Source of the DNA: Acidimicrobiaceae bacterium
GTDB taxonomy: Bacteria; Actinomycetota; Acidimicrobiia; Acidimicrobiales; Aldehydirespiratoraceae
Assembly (NCBI GenBank): GCA_009845995.1
Contig: VXYK01000046.1
Span: 95,547-159,546 of the forward strand
Length of the DNA stretch: 64,000 bases
Direction: 5' to 3'
A program made the position numbers and the translations under genes. Positions 1 through 8,670 of the stretch are shown one piece after another. Under the pieces are notes generated by a model. It was not told the origin of the DNA. It made no database searches and was given only the letters and a program-made list of their open reading frames with translations. Positions within the stretch are counted from its first letter, which is position 1. Every line of letters begins with the position of its first letter.

Positions 1-868
1 CGCTGGGTCTCGCAAGTTCTCGACGCAGCCAGGTGGTGAACAGTTCAGCGGCCGAGGTCGCCATATCGGATCGGGGCGCGATGAGGTAGTACTGCTCGCG
101 AGCGGGCACCGTACCGACCGGCACGACGGCCAGCGTGCTGTGCCACAGATCGTCCGTCGCCAGGAAACGATGAGCAAGCGCCACACCGAGCCCGCGTCTG
201 GCCAGCGCGAGCGTGTGGAGATACGTCATCGAGGTGTGGACCCGCGTCTTCGGGGGCGTTGCTGCGGTCGCGGCGAAGAACTCGGCCCATCCATCGCCCC
301 CGCGGATGTCGAGCAGCGGGTGTTTACTCAGGTCATCGGTCGAGCGGATTCGATCTGCCAGGCTCGGCGTTGCAACCGCGAGCACAATCTCGTCTCCGCC
401 GATCGGCTCTGCGCCACTCGGTACGGGCCCGAAGTCGATCTGGACGGCGGTGTGGATGGGGTCGGTCGGGTAGACCCAGTAGCTGCTGGTCAGGTCGATC
501 TCGATGTCAGGGTTGGCGGTGAGAAAGCTCGCCAATCGCGGGATGAGCCAGGTGGTCGCGAACATGGAGTTGACGCGGACCTCGACGTGGTGGTCTTTGG
601 CGCGGGCTCGGATCGCGCCGAGGCTGTGTTGGATCGCCTCAATGTGGGAGCGGGTGCTCGACGCGAGCTGCCGGCCTGCGTTGGTCGGTTCGACTCCACG
701 GCCCGTCCGCCGAAAGAGCTGGACTCCGCAGATGGTCTCGAGTTCTCGAATCTGCTGGCTGACCGCTGGCTGGGACACGCCGAGCGCCGTGGACGCGTTC
801 GTGAAGCTGCCCTCTGACACGACGCAGTGGAATGCATGCAACAAGCGCAGCGGCGGGTGGGGATCCAT
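1..868 (-). CDS. LysR-family transcriptional regulator (3' end runs off the left edge)
   Basis: Absent from the ORF track because there is no stop in the window. My translation from the ATG at 868-866 gives MDPHPPLRLLHAFHCVVSEGSFTNASTALGVSQPAVSQQIRELE..., a canonical LysR wHTH, followed by a substrate-binding-like region. Divergent from the 977..2796 operon. Confidence 0.8.
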   Translation of the reverse strand, partial: MDPHPPLRLLHAFHCVVSEGSFTNASTALGVSQPAVSQQIRELETICGVQLFRRTGRGVEPTNAGRQLASSTRSHIEAIQHSLGAIRARAKDHHVEVRVNSMFATTWLIPRLASFLTANPDIEIDLTSSYWVYPTDPIHTAVQIDFGPVPSGAEPIGGDEIVLAVATPSLADRIRSTDDLSKHPLLDIRGGDGWAEFFAATAATPPKTRVHTSMTYLHTLALARRGLGVALAHRFLATDDLWHSTLAVVPVGTVPAREQYYLIAPRSDMATSAAELFTTWLRRELARPS

Positions 869-976
869 GGTTAGACATTAGCTGTACTTATGTCTCGAGC
901 CCGATCTTTGGGCTAGCACCTGACGGTCACCGTCTTTACGCTGGACCCAAGCTGCGCAGAAGGATGGTGGATCGGC

Positions 977-1963
977 ATGAGTCTCAGCCGGGGCAGTCGC
1001 TGGAACTACACCCCACCCCTGCCGATACGTTCGGCGCCTTTCCTTCACTGGCCGCTGGATCCCGGTGCCACGCTGCGCCACCTGCTCCGCAGCTGGGGAC
1101 CCCTCACGGCGCGAGTGACGATGTTGGCTTTCGCGCTGATTTTCTGGCGTTGGCTCTCCCCTTCGATCGAGACCACCGCAACGCTGTCGTTGGGGTGGAT
1201 CGCGGCGGTCTGGGCCCGGAATTTCAGCGTGATGCTGATTGTCGCCGGAGGGCTCCACCTCTGGCTGTACCGGGTCCGCCGACAGGGCGACGAACTCCGC
1301 TACGACGCCCGACCGCTAGCCACGAACAAACGGATCTTCCTGTTCCGAGATCAGGTTCTCGACAACATGGCGTTGAGCCTCGGGCCTGCCGTGCTCGTCT
1401 GGACGGCGGCCGAGGTCTTGGTCCTCCACGGCTACGGCAGGGGGTGGCTCTCGCTCACGTCATTCGACTCCAATCCCGTTTGGTTCCTCGCGTTCATCCT
1501 GATCATTCCTTGGTGGTCGGTCCTGTACTTCGGCGTGGGGCACCGGTTGTTGCACATTCCAGGGGCGTATCGCAAGGTCCACTCCTGGCATCACAAGAAC
1601 GTCAACGTCGGACCGTGGTCGGGGCTGGCCATGCACCCGATCGAGCACCTGGTCCTCTTCGGCGACATCTTCTTGCTGTTCCTGGTCCCGTCGCATCCGA
1701 TCCACCTCTATTTCATGGTGTTGCACCACGGTTTGGGCGCGCCGTTGTCCCATACCGGCTACGACGCGGTGATTCTTCCGGGCGGTCTGAAGTTCCGGGT
1801 CGGGGACTTCCACCACCAGCTCCACCACCGCTTCCTGGAGTGCAACTACGGCGGTCTGGAATCACCGCTCGATGAAATGTTGGACACGTTCCATGACGGA
1901 ACCGCCGACGGCGACGCCCACATGGCGACCCGACGTGCCGCTATCAGAAAGGCCACGCAATGA
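977..1963 (+). CDS. Fatty acid hydroxylase / sterol desaturase superfamily membrane protein
   Basis: Hydrophobic segments plus three histidine boxes (HRLLH, HSWHH, HHQLHH) typical of membrane di-iron hydroxylases/desaturases. Confidence 0.75.
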   Translation: MSLSRGSRWNYTPPLPIRSAPFLHWPLDPGATLRHLLRSWGPLTARVTMLAFALIFWRWLSPSIETTATLSLGWIAAVWARNFSVMLIVAGGLHLWLYRVRRQGDELRYDARPLATNKRIFLFRDQVLDNMALSLGPAVLVWTAAEVLVLHGYGRGWLSLTSFDSNPVWFLAFILIIPWWSVLYFGVGHRLLHIPGAYRKVHSWHHKNVNVGPWSGLAMHPIEHLVLFGDIFLLFLVPSHPIHLYFMVLHHGLGAPLSHTGYDAVILPGGLKFRVGDFHHQLHHRFLECNYGGLESPLDEMLDTFHDGTADGDAHMATRRAAIRKATQ

Positions 1964-2796
1964 AACGGATTTACGACTTCGGGCGCAGACCCGCAAAACG
2001 CAACTACACCGTCGCCGACCTCAAGGCCCTGAAGGGAACCGGCACCAAGCTGTCCATGAGCAACCCTGCGAACCCGATCGAGATCCGGGCGTGCGTCGAT
2101 GCCGGGATCGATCTGCTGGTCGTCTGGGACGAGCAGCTCGACGAGGCCCGCCAGATCGCGCCGCATCACTTCATGGGGATCGGCAGCACCTGGAAGCAGT
2201 TCGGCACGACCGACGAGATTCTTGATCATGCGATCGACCTGATGGGCCGCGGCGGCGACATGTACTACACACTGCGCTCCTACGATGTGATGGAGACCCT
2301 TGCCAACGAGGGCATTCCCGTCCAGAGCCACATCGGACTGATCCCGACGTTCGCCCACTGGGCCGGTGGACTCCGCGCTTACGGCCGCACGGCAGACGAA
2401 GCCATGGAGGTCTTCCGAACTCTCAAGCGGATGGAGGATGTCGGGGTGTTCGCCGTCGAGGCCGAGTGCATTGCCGAGGAGGTCCTCGAAGCGGTCAACG
2501 ACAAGACCTCGATCGTCACCTTCTCGCTCGGTTCGGGCAGAGCCGGCGATGTCATCATGTCGTTCGTGGCCGATGTCTGCGGCGAGGACAGCGAGGAAGC
2601 GTCGCCGCCCCGGCACGCCCACGCCTTCGGGAACCTGGGTCGCCTCCACCGGCAGATGTATACCGAGCGTGTCGCAGCTCTCAAGGAGTTCCACCAAGAG
2701 TCGGTCACCGGGAACTTCCCCTACCCGGCCCAGACCATCGCTATGCACGACGGTGAACACGAGAAGTTCCTAGAGGCCCTAGACAACGAGGCCTGA
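1960..2796 (+). CDS. PanB-family (3-methyl-2-oxobutanoate hydroxymethyltransferase-like) protein
   Basis: ATGA start/stop overlap with the upstream gene. The segment GIPVQSHIGLIPTFAHWAGGLRAYGRT...VGVFAVEAECIAEEV...SLGSGRAGD resembles PanB core motifs, but the N-terminal part is divergent. Confidence 0.55.
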   Translation: MKRIYDFGRRPAKRNYTVADLKALKGTGTKLSMSNPANPIEIRACVDAGIDLLVVWDEQLDEARQIAPHHFMGIGSTWKQFGTTDEILDHAIDLMGRGGDMYYTLRSYDVMETLANEGIPVQSHIGLIPTFAHWAGGLRAYGRTADEAMEVFRTLKRMEDVGVFAVEAECIAEEVLEAVNDKTSIVTFSLGSGRAGDVIMSFVADVCGEDSEEASPPRHAHAFGNLGRLHRQMYTERVAALKEFHQESVTGNFPYPAQTIAMHDGEHEKFLEALDNEA

Positions 2797-2849
2797 CAAC
2801 TCACCCGCCTGACCTGCTCAATACAGGGCACGGCGAGAATCTATGGGAA

Positions 2850-3170
2850 TCAGGTGTGGATCAGGACTCGCCGGTCGTCGAACACCGCAGCGACCTCGAC
2901 CTCGCCGCCGAGTTGATGCACGATGGAGCGCAGCATGTCGAGTGACAGACCGATCTCGCCGTGTTCGATCTGCGAGACGGCCGACTGCGACTTCCCGATC
3001 ATCTCCGCTAGCTCTACCTGGGTGACACCGAGCGCTTTGCGAAGCTCCGCGAGACGGCAACTCACAATCTCGCCGGCGACCCGTTGCTTGGTCTCATCGA
3101 TACGACGAGCGCGTTCAGGGTCCTGACGCGCCCGGTCTCCTAGCGTGCTGAAGTTCTTGCTGCTTGGCAT
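2850..3170 (-). CDS. higA: XRE-family HTH antitoxin (HigA-like)
   Basis: Internal ATG at 3170 (MPSSKNF...) overlaps the toxin stop (ATGA). HTH segment LRKALGVTQVELAEMIGKSQSAVSQIEHG. The longer track ORF (to 3251) would overlap the toxin. Confidence 0.8.
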   Translation of the reverse strand: MPSSKNFSTLGDRARQDPERARRIDETKQRVAGEIVSCRLAELRKALGVTQVELAEMIGKSQSAVSQIEHGEIGLSLDMLRSIVHQLGGEVEVAAVFDDRRVLIHT

Positions 3171-3537
3171 CAGGTGAGTCCTTCCTGTCGAAGTTCGTCG
3201 AGATGTGTGTCGTAGAGATCGTCGGCGATAGACGTGTAGCGGTCGTACCAATCATTCCAGTTCGCGCTTCTTGGATCGTCGGGACTTTTGTCACCGCCGA
3301 TCAGAAGGATCGCGGTCCGGCGAGGATCGAAAGCGAACAGCACTCGCATTGCCCGTTCCACCCGCAGTTCTTTCATATTCGGATGGCGTGATTGGTGGAC
3401 GTTGTCTACAGCCGGACGCCCGAGGCCCGGTCCTGCCAACTCCAGCAGTTCAACCCTTGCGATCACTGCGTCTTGATCCTCCGCGGTGAGGTCTGGTACC
3501 AGTCGTCGAACTGGTCCGTGTACTCAACATCCCACAT
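3170..3537 (-). pseudogene. higB: Gp49/HigB-like (RelE superfamily) toxin, apparently disrupted by a 1-nt frameshift
   Basis: The track ORF 3170..3466 carries ...GSRHPNMKELRVERAMRVLFAFDPRRTAILLIGGDKS...WYDRYTSIADDLYDTHL. The family-typical N-terminus MWDVEYTDQFDDWYQ starts at 3537 in another frame and stops after 24 codons. 3537..3170 is 368 nt. Confidence 0.6.
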
Positions 3538-3589
3538 TTTTATCAGCCTGACTTATATTTAGCCGGATTCGGGAGGAAGTCGGTCTTTG

Positions 3590-3675
3590 TGCCCGGGGCG
3601 GGAGTTGAACCCGCATGGAGGTTTCCCTCCCGGGGGGTTTAAGCCCCCTGCGTCTACCGATTCCGCCACCCGGGC
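3590..3675 (-). tRNA. tRNA-Leu, anticodon UAA (type II, long variable arm)
   Basis: The reverse complement folds by eye. Acceptor GCCCGGG/CCCGGGC; anticodon stem GGGGG/CCCCC with loop CTTAAAC (anticodon TAA); long variable arm GGGAGGGAAACCTCC; T arm GCGGG-TTCAACT-CCCGC; discriminator A. CCA is not encoded. Confidence 0.9.
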
Positions 3676-3699
3676 GTAGCCATACGGTAACGCCAAGGG

Positions 3700-4068
3700 T
3701 CAGATTGCCACCAGCTGCTCACGTCGGTGCTCAACATCAGCCGGTTGGGATCGCTCGACTCGCTCGGTTGCTCGTTCAGCCGGACTCTCGATGGCCAACC
3801 ACAGCGCGGCTCGGATTCGATCGGCTCGCGCGCCGCTGAGTCCGTTGGCCACAACGATCCCTTCGATCATGTCGGATACGACGGCTGGCCAGGGCCGTCC
3901 CCGAAGACGGACCGCCACCGTCGGCACGCCGCGGCGGCGCTTGATGGTGCGTTGGACACCCTCGATTCCTGGCGGGGAGCGAAAACAGGGCACGACAAGT
4001 TCGCGCAGTCTCGCGGCTTGACCCAACGTACGGGCCGCTGCCGCAAACCTCAGCGATGTCGCTTCCAT
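3700..4068 (-). CDS. Small conserved hypothetical protein
   Basis: Only the last 122 codons of track ORF 3700..4713 are used, from the ATG at 4068 (MEATSLRFAAAARTLG...RLRGRPWPAVVSDMIEGIVVANGLSG...). The rest overlaps the plus-strand nuclease gene. Function not recognised. Confidence 0.5.
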   Translation of the reverse strand: MEATSLRFAAAARTLGQAARLRELVVPCFRSPPGIEGVQRTIKRRRGVPTVAVRLRGRPWPAVVSDMIEGIVVANGLSGARADRIRAALWLAIESPAERATERVERSQPADVEHRREQLVAI

Positions 4069-4131
4069 GAATCCAATACTCTCAGGTGGGTGTGACACCC
4101 GACGCGCGAAACTTGTGCCAAAGTTCAATGC

Positions 4132-5079
4132 ATGGAGACTCCTGTCGAGTTGAACCCCGCGCAGCAAGAAGTTGTCGAGATGCTGGGAGCGAGCCGCGCG
4201 GAGCGGCCCGTGTTCGAGACAACCCTGCGCACCGAACTGAGCAGCGCTGTCGAGCAGGGCCTGGAGCCCCTGCTGGAGAGGGCCGCCAAAATCGACGACA
4301 CCATTTGGGTCTCCAAACACGCTTTGGGCCAAGTGATGGGTTGCGAGCGGAAATACCTGGCCGAAGAAGAAGCACAATTCGAGTGGTCGGTTCCCCTGGC
4401 CAGAGGTTCGATCTCTCACAAGGCGATCGAGCTGTCGATCCATTGGCGTCGCGAGCCCGAACCACTGGCGCTGGTCGACGAAGCCCTGAGTCGTCTCACA
4501 GAGGGCGACGACAGCCTCGGCGACTGGCTGCAGACCACCAGCGAGACCGAGCGCGCCGAGTTGAGAGCCGAGAGCAATGACCGGGTTGTGAAGTTCATGG
4601 AGTGCTTTCCTCCGCTCAAGGCCCAATGGCGACCGGTCACCGAGAGCCGCCTCCGCCTTGAGGTTCACGACTTTTTCATGTTCAGCGGCAAGGTCGACCT
4701 CACCCTCGGCCACCCCGAAGGAAACCGGGCAGGCAAGGTACTGATCGACCTGAAAACCGGTCGGTTCTCACCCCATCACCTCGAAGACATGCGTTTCTAC
4801 GCGCTGATCGAGGCAATCCGGCTCGGCACCCCGCCCAGGCGCATCGCGACGTACTACCTCGACCAGGGCAGTTTCGTCCCCGAAGACGTGACCGAGGATG
4901 TTCTCTTCGCAGCCGCGGCACGTCTCATCGACGGCACCACCAAGATTGTCGAACTCTTGGGTTCCGAGCGCGAACCCAACCTCCTCGCCGGGCCGATCTG
5001 TCGCTGGTGCCCGGTTCTCGATGACTGCGACACCGGCAGGCGCCACCTCGATGAGGACGACGAGGACTCAGGCTGGTAG
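4132..5079 (+). CDS. PD-(D/E)XK (RecB/Cas4-like) nuclease family protein
   Basis: The segment GKVDLTLG...VLIDLKTG fits the D...(D/E)xK core, and a C-terminal cysteine cluster CRWCPVLDDC resembles Cas4/AddB-type nucleases. Confidence 0.6.
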   Translation: METPVELNPAQQEVVEMLGASRAERPVFETTLRTELSSAVEQGLEPLLERAAKIDDTIWVSKHALGQVMGCERKYLAEEEAQFEWSVPLARGSISHKAIELSIHWRREPEPLALVDEALSRLTEGDDSLGDWLQTTSETERAELRAESNDRVVKFMECFPPLKAQWRPVTESRLRLEVHDFFMFSGKVDLTLGHPEGNRAGKVLIDLKTGRFSPHHLEDMRFYALIEAIRLGTPPRRIATYYLDQGSFVPEDVTEDVLFAAAARLIDGTTKIVELLGSEREPNLLAGPICRWCPVLDDCDTGRRHLDEDDEDSGW

Positions 5080-5108
5080 CGGGCAAAGGTCAGTCGGGGT
5101 ATACACCC

Positions 5109-6461
5109 ATGGTGACAAGCACTCTCCGGCGACTCGGTATTGCGGTTGCCGGTGGCCTTGTCGTGCTCGGAGCTTGTGCAACGGACGACGAGTTGGCCGA
5201 GCCTCGGCCGACCGTGCCGGTGGTCACGACCGCGCCCGTCGACGAGATGCCGACCGCTGTTCAGCCCGACAACCGAACGCAATCCGACAACCCCGGGACA
5301 ACCGACAGCGCAACGACAACCGACAACCAAACGCAATCCGACAACACCGGGACAACCGACAGCCGTGGTCAGCCAGTACGCGCCGATGGAAACGTGCTCA
5401 ACGCCAACATCGCCCTGGAGCAGGTGATCTCGCTCGATGAACCGATCGACATGGCCACAGCCCCCGGCGATCCGATGGTCTGGATCGCCGAGCGGGGTGG
5501 TCGAGTGCTGCGGGTCGATCTGGCAAAAGGCGAGGTGGTCGAGACGATCTTGGACCTCTCGGCGGAGACCATCGCGGTGGGTGAACAGGGCCTGCTCGGC
5601 ATCGCCGTGAGTGATGACTGGTTGTATGCCAATTTCACCGACAAGAACAGCAACACTCGACTCGAGGCCTTCAAACGGGAGGGCACGTCCCTGAGCGGTG
5701 AACGCCGCACGATCCTGCGCCAGACTCAGCCGTACAGAAACCACAACGGAGGCGCGGTCGCGATCGGCCCCGACGGCCACCTCTATGTCGCATTCGGCGA
5801 CGGAGGCGCTGGCGGCGACCCCTTGGACCACGGCCAGAACCCCACCACTTGGCTGGGATCGATGCTGCGGATCACGCCGACACCCGACTCGACTGAACCG
5901 TACGCGGTCCCAGCCGACAATCCCTTCGCCTCTGCCCAAGGGACCCAAGGCGACGCCTCGCTCGGTTCTCCGGAGGTATTCTTGTTCGGGGTGCGCAACC
6001 CCTGGCGCTTCTCTTTCGACCCAGGTACGGGCGACCTTTGGATCGCGGATGTCGGACAGGACCTCTACGAGGAGGTGACCGTCCTGCTCGCCGCGAACGG
6101 TGGCGGCGTCGGCGCCAACCTCGGCTGGCGTCTGCGGGAGGGACTGCACGAGTTCACCGGCGACAAGCCTCCCGGCAATGTCGACCCGGTGTGGGAGTAC
6201 GGCCAGGACGACGGCTGCAGCGTGACCGGCGGCTTCGTGTACCGAGGCTCAGAGATCGACGAGTTGGTCGGTTCGTATCTGTTCGGCGACTACTGCACCT
6301 CACGGCTCTGGGCCGTGCAGATCTCATCGGGCGAAGTCGTGTTTCGGGACTTTGGAGTGGCGGTGCCCGGTGGCTCGCTCGCCTCTTTCGGCCAGGACGC
6401 CGACGGCGAACTCTACGCTCTGTCGCTTGAAGGGCCGGTATCTCGCGTTGTCGCAGGCTGA
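5109..6461 (+). CDS. PQQ-dependent sugar dehydrogenase (soluble GSDH family) lipoprotein
   Basis: Signal peptide with lipobox VLGAC. Beta-propeller motifs NHNGGAVAIGPDGHLYVAFGDGG, FGVRNPWRFSFD and GGFVYRG. Confidence 0.8.
   Translation: MVTSTLRRLGIAVAGGLVVLGACATDDELAEPRPTVPVVTTAPVDEMPTAVQPDNRTQSDNPGTTDSATTTDNQTQSDNTGTTDSRGQPVRADGNVLNANIALEQVISLDEPIDMATAPGDPMVWIAERGGRVLRVDLAKGEVVETILDLSAETIAVGEQGLLGIAVSDDWLYANFTDKNSNTRLEAFKREGTSLSGERRTILRQTQPYRNHNGGAVAIGPDGHLYVAFGDGGAGGDPLDHGQNPTTWLGSMLRITPTPDSTEPYAVPADNPFASAQGTQGDASLGSPEVFLFGVRNPWRFSFDPGTGDLWIADVGQDLYEEVTVLLAANGGGVGANLGWRLREGLHEFTGDKPPGNVDPVWEYGQDDGCSVTGGFVYRGSEIDELVGSYLFGDYCTSRLWAVQISSGEVVFRDFGVAVPGGSLASFGQDADGELYALSLEGPVSRVVAG
5267..5363 (+). 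repeat. 54-bp-period tandem duplication inside the lipoprotein linker
   Basis: The 43-nt cores cgacaaccgaacgcaatccgacaaccccgggacaaccgacagc (5267-5309) and cgacaaccaaacgcaatccgacaacaccgggacaaccgacagc (5321-5363) differ at 2 positions. They encode DNRTQSDNPGTTDS and DNQTQSDNTGTTDS. Confidence 0.9.
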
Positions 6462-6481
6462 GCCGAGGGCTGAGCTGAAGG

Positions 6482-7783
6482 CTAGCGCGGTGGAGCAGGA
6501 GTGCTCGGGTGGGCCTCGGCTGCCGCGGAGGGCTGGTAGGTCCCGCTGCCGGAGTCGAGGGCTCGGAGCCGTTGAGTCGACGCGAGTCCCACCGCTAGGG
6601 CAAAGAACAGCAAGCCGAACACCAAGAAGGTCTCTCGGACGCCGAACACTTCGATGGCCTGCCCCATAAAGAGCTGCCCGAGCGGACTCGACAGCAACAA
6701 CACCGTCAGATACACCGATAACACCCGTGCCCGCAGCCGCTCGTCCACCTGCAACTGAATTGCCGTGTTGAGCGTTGAAGCAGAAGCAATGTGGGCTGCA
6801 CCCGTGGCGAACATTCCGGCCAGTGCCACAACAAACCACGGGGCCACGGCCATCGCACAGACACCGCTGCCGTACAACAACAGCGCTACTTCCTGGATCC
6901 GCGAACGATCGAACCGGCGCGCCATCTCAGCCACCATCGGTGAGGCGACGATGGCACCGACCCCCGAGGCCGTGAGCATCCAGCCGAAGCCCCGTTCGCC
7001 CTGGCCGAAGACATCCTCCGCTACCACTATCGACATCTGCTGTGCAGTGATTCCGAAGAAGCCGATCACCGCGCCCACGAAGACCGCCGTGGAGATTCCG
7101 GCCTTTTTCCGGGTATATGCCACCGCCTCGCCAAACTCGCTCAACGGCCGCAGGCGTCCGTTCGACTCGGCCGTCAGGCGCGGCAACCGCAACGAAGCAA
7201 GCGAGACGATCACCGCGAAGTACGACACGGCGTTGAGCACGAACGCCCAGCCCGGTCCCCACTGCGCGATCACGACACCAGCCATCGACGGACCCAACAT
7301 GCGGGCCATGTTGAACTGTGCGCTGTTGAGGGTGACAGCCGACATCAGCGTGTCGCGCGGCACCAGTTCGCTGACGAACGCCTGCCAAGCAGGAAGATTC
7401 AAGCCGCTCGCCGTCCCCGCCAGAATCGACACGGCAACGTAAGCGCCCGGTGATCGGACACCGCCGAACCACATCGTCACGAACACAGCGGCCACGACGG
7501 TCTGCGTCGACTGGGTGACAATCAGAATCGTCCTGCGGGGATAACGATCAGCGATCGCACCGGCAAACGGGCAGAGAATCGCAACCGGCAGCAACTGAGT
7601 GAACCCAGCCAGCCCGACCCACGCAGCACTCTGGCCGCTGAGGTCATACACAATGAGAGGAATCGCCAGGACCTGAAACCAGCGCCCAGAGCTGGAGATG
7701 ATCGCCGAGATCCACATCAGGCGATAGTTGCGATAGCGAAGAGCTGCGAAGGCGCTGGCTCTCGTATCGGCACCGTCGGGCAT
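6482..7783 (-). CDS. MFS transporter
   Basis: 433 aa with about 12 hydrophobic segments. N-terminus ...FAALRYRNYRLMWISAIISSSGRWFQ... is typical of the EntS/DUF894-type MFS subgroup. Confidence 0.8.
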   Translation of the reverse strand: MPDGADTRASAFAALRYRNYRLMWISAIISSSGRWFQVLAIPLIVYDLSGQSAAWVGLAGFTQLLPVAILCPFAGAIADRYPRRTILIVTQSTQTVVAAVFVTMWFGGVRSPGAYVAVSILAGTASGLNLPAWQAFVSELVPRDTLMSAVTLNSAQFNMARMLGPSMAGVVIAQWGPGWAFVLNAVSYFAVIVSLASLRLPRLTAESNGRLRPLSEFGEAVAYTRKKAGISTAVFVGAVIGFFGITAQQMSIVVAEDVFGQGERGFGWMLTASGVGAIVASPMVAEMARRFDRSRIQEVALLLYGSGVCAMAVAPWFVVALAGMFATGAAHIASASTLNTAIQLQVDERLRARVLSVYLTVLLLSSPLGQLFMGQAIEVFGVRETFLVFGLLFFALAVGLASTQRLRALDSGSGTYQPSAAAEAHPSTPAPPR

Positions 7784-7893
7784 TCGGCAAGGCTACGGGA
7801 ACCCCGATCTCATTCGTGACCCGGCTGCCCCGATCATCGACCGGCAACCCCAATCGTGGACCGACCAGTGGACTGGGCTGAGGGCCTGCCAGA

Positions 7894-8664
7894 ATGGGCG
7901 CCATGCCGTTAGTCACCACAGAGATTCACGACCGGGTCGCCGTGCTCACGCTCAACGATCCCCAAAAACGCAACGCCGTCACCTTGGCCATGAACGACGA
8001 AATCACCGCCGCCCTCGACGAGTGGGAGACGGACGACGGCATCGGCGCTGTGGTGGTGACCGGGGCCCCTCCAGCGTTCTGTGCAGGCGCGGACCTCGAC
8101 GATCTGCTCGCTGACCAGGGACCAGACGGCATGCGACGCATCTACGAGGGGTTCCTACGCATCGCACATTGCCCGCTGCCAACCATCGCCGCGGTCAACG
8201 GCGCAGCTGTCGGGGCCGGTCTCAACATGGTTCTGGCCTGCGACATTGTCGTGGCCGCACGCCAAAAGGCTCGTTTCGACTCCAGGTTCTTGCAGATCGG
8301 GCTGCATCCCGGCGGGGGCCACACCTGGCGTCTGCGATCCATCACCAGCCGCCAGACCGCTATGGCGATGGTCTTGTTCGGTGAAGTGATACGCAGCGAA
8401 CAAGCTCTCGATCTGGGACTCGTCTGGAAGATCGCCGACGACGAGAATCTGCTTGAAGAATGCCTGACGCTGGCGGCACGCGCTGCGGCGCAACCCAGAG
8501 ATCTCACGGCTCGGACCAAAGCCACAATCCTCACGCTTGACACAATCAGCGAATCCGCCCAGTCCGTCGAACACGAACTTCACCCTCAACTCTGGTCAAT
8601 GGGCGAACCTGCGTTTCGGAGCCTTGTCGAGAACCTTCAAAAGAAGATCAGCTCCAAGGACTGA
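7894..8664 (+). CDS. Enoyl-CoA hydratase/isomerase (crotonase) family protein
   Basis: RVAVLTLNDPQKRNAV...VVVTGAPPAFCAGADL...PTIAAVNGAAVGAGLNMVLACD is the classic crotonase fold signature. Confidence 0.85.
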   Translation: MGAMPLVTTEIHDRVAVLTLNDPQKRNAVTLAMNDEITAALDEWETDDGIGAVVVTGAPPAFCAGADLDDLLADQGPDGMRRIYEGFLRIAHCPLPTIAAVNGAAVGAGLNMVLACDIVVAARQKARFDSRFLQIGLHPGGGHTWRLRSITSRQTAMAMVLFGEVIRSEQALDLGLVWKIADDENLLEECLTLAARAAAQPRDLTARTKATILTLDTISESAQSVEHELHPQLWSMGEPAFRSLVENLQKKISSKD

Positions 8665-8670
8665 ACCGGC

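Noticed and set aside
4069-4713. Upstream 215 codons of the 337-aa minus-strand ORF
   Set aside because: They are antisense to the well-supported PD-(D/E)XK nuclease gene. Only the distal 122 codons, which lie in otherwise empty sequence, were kept.
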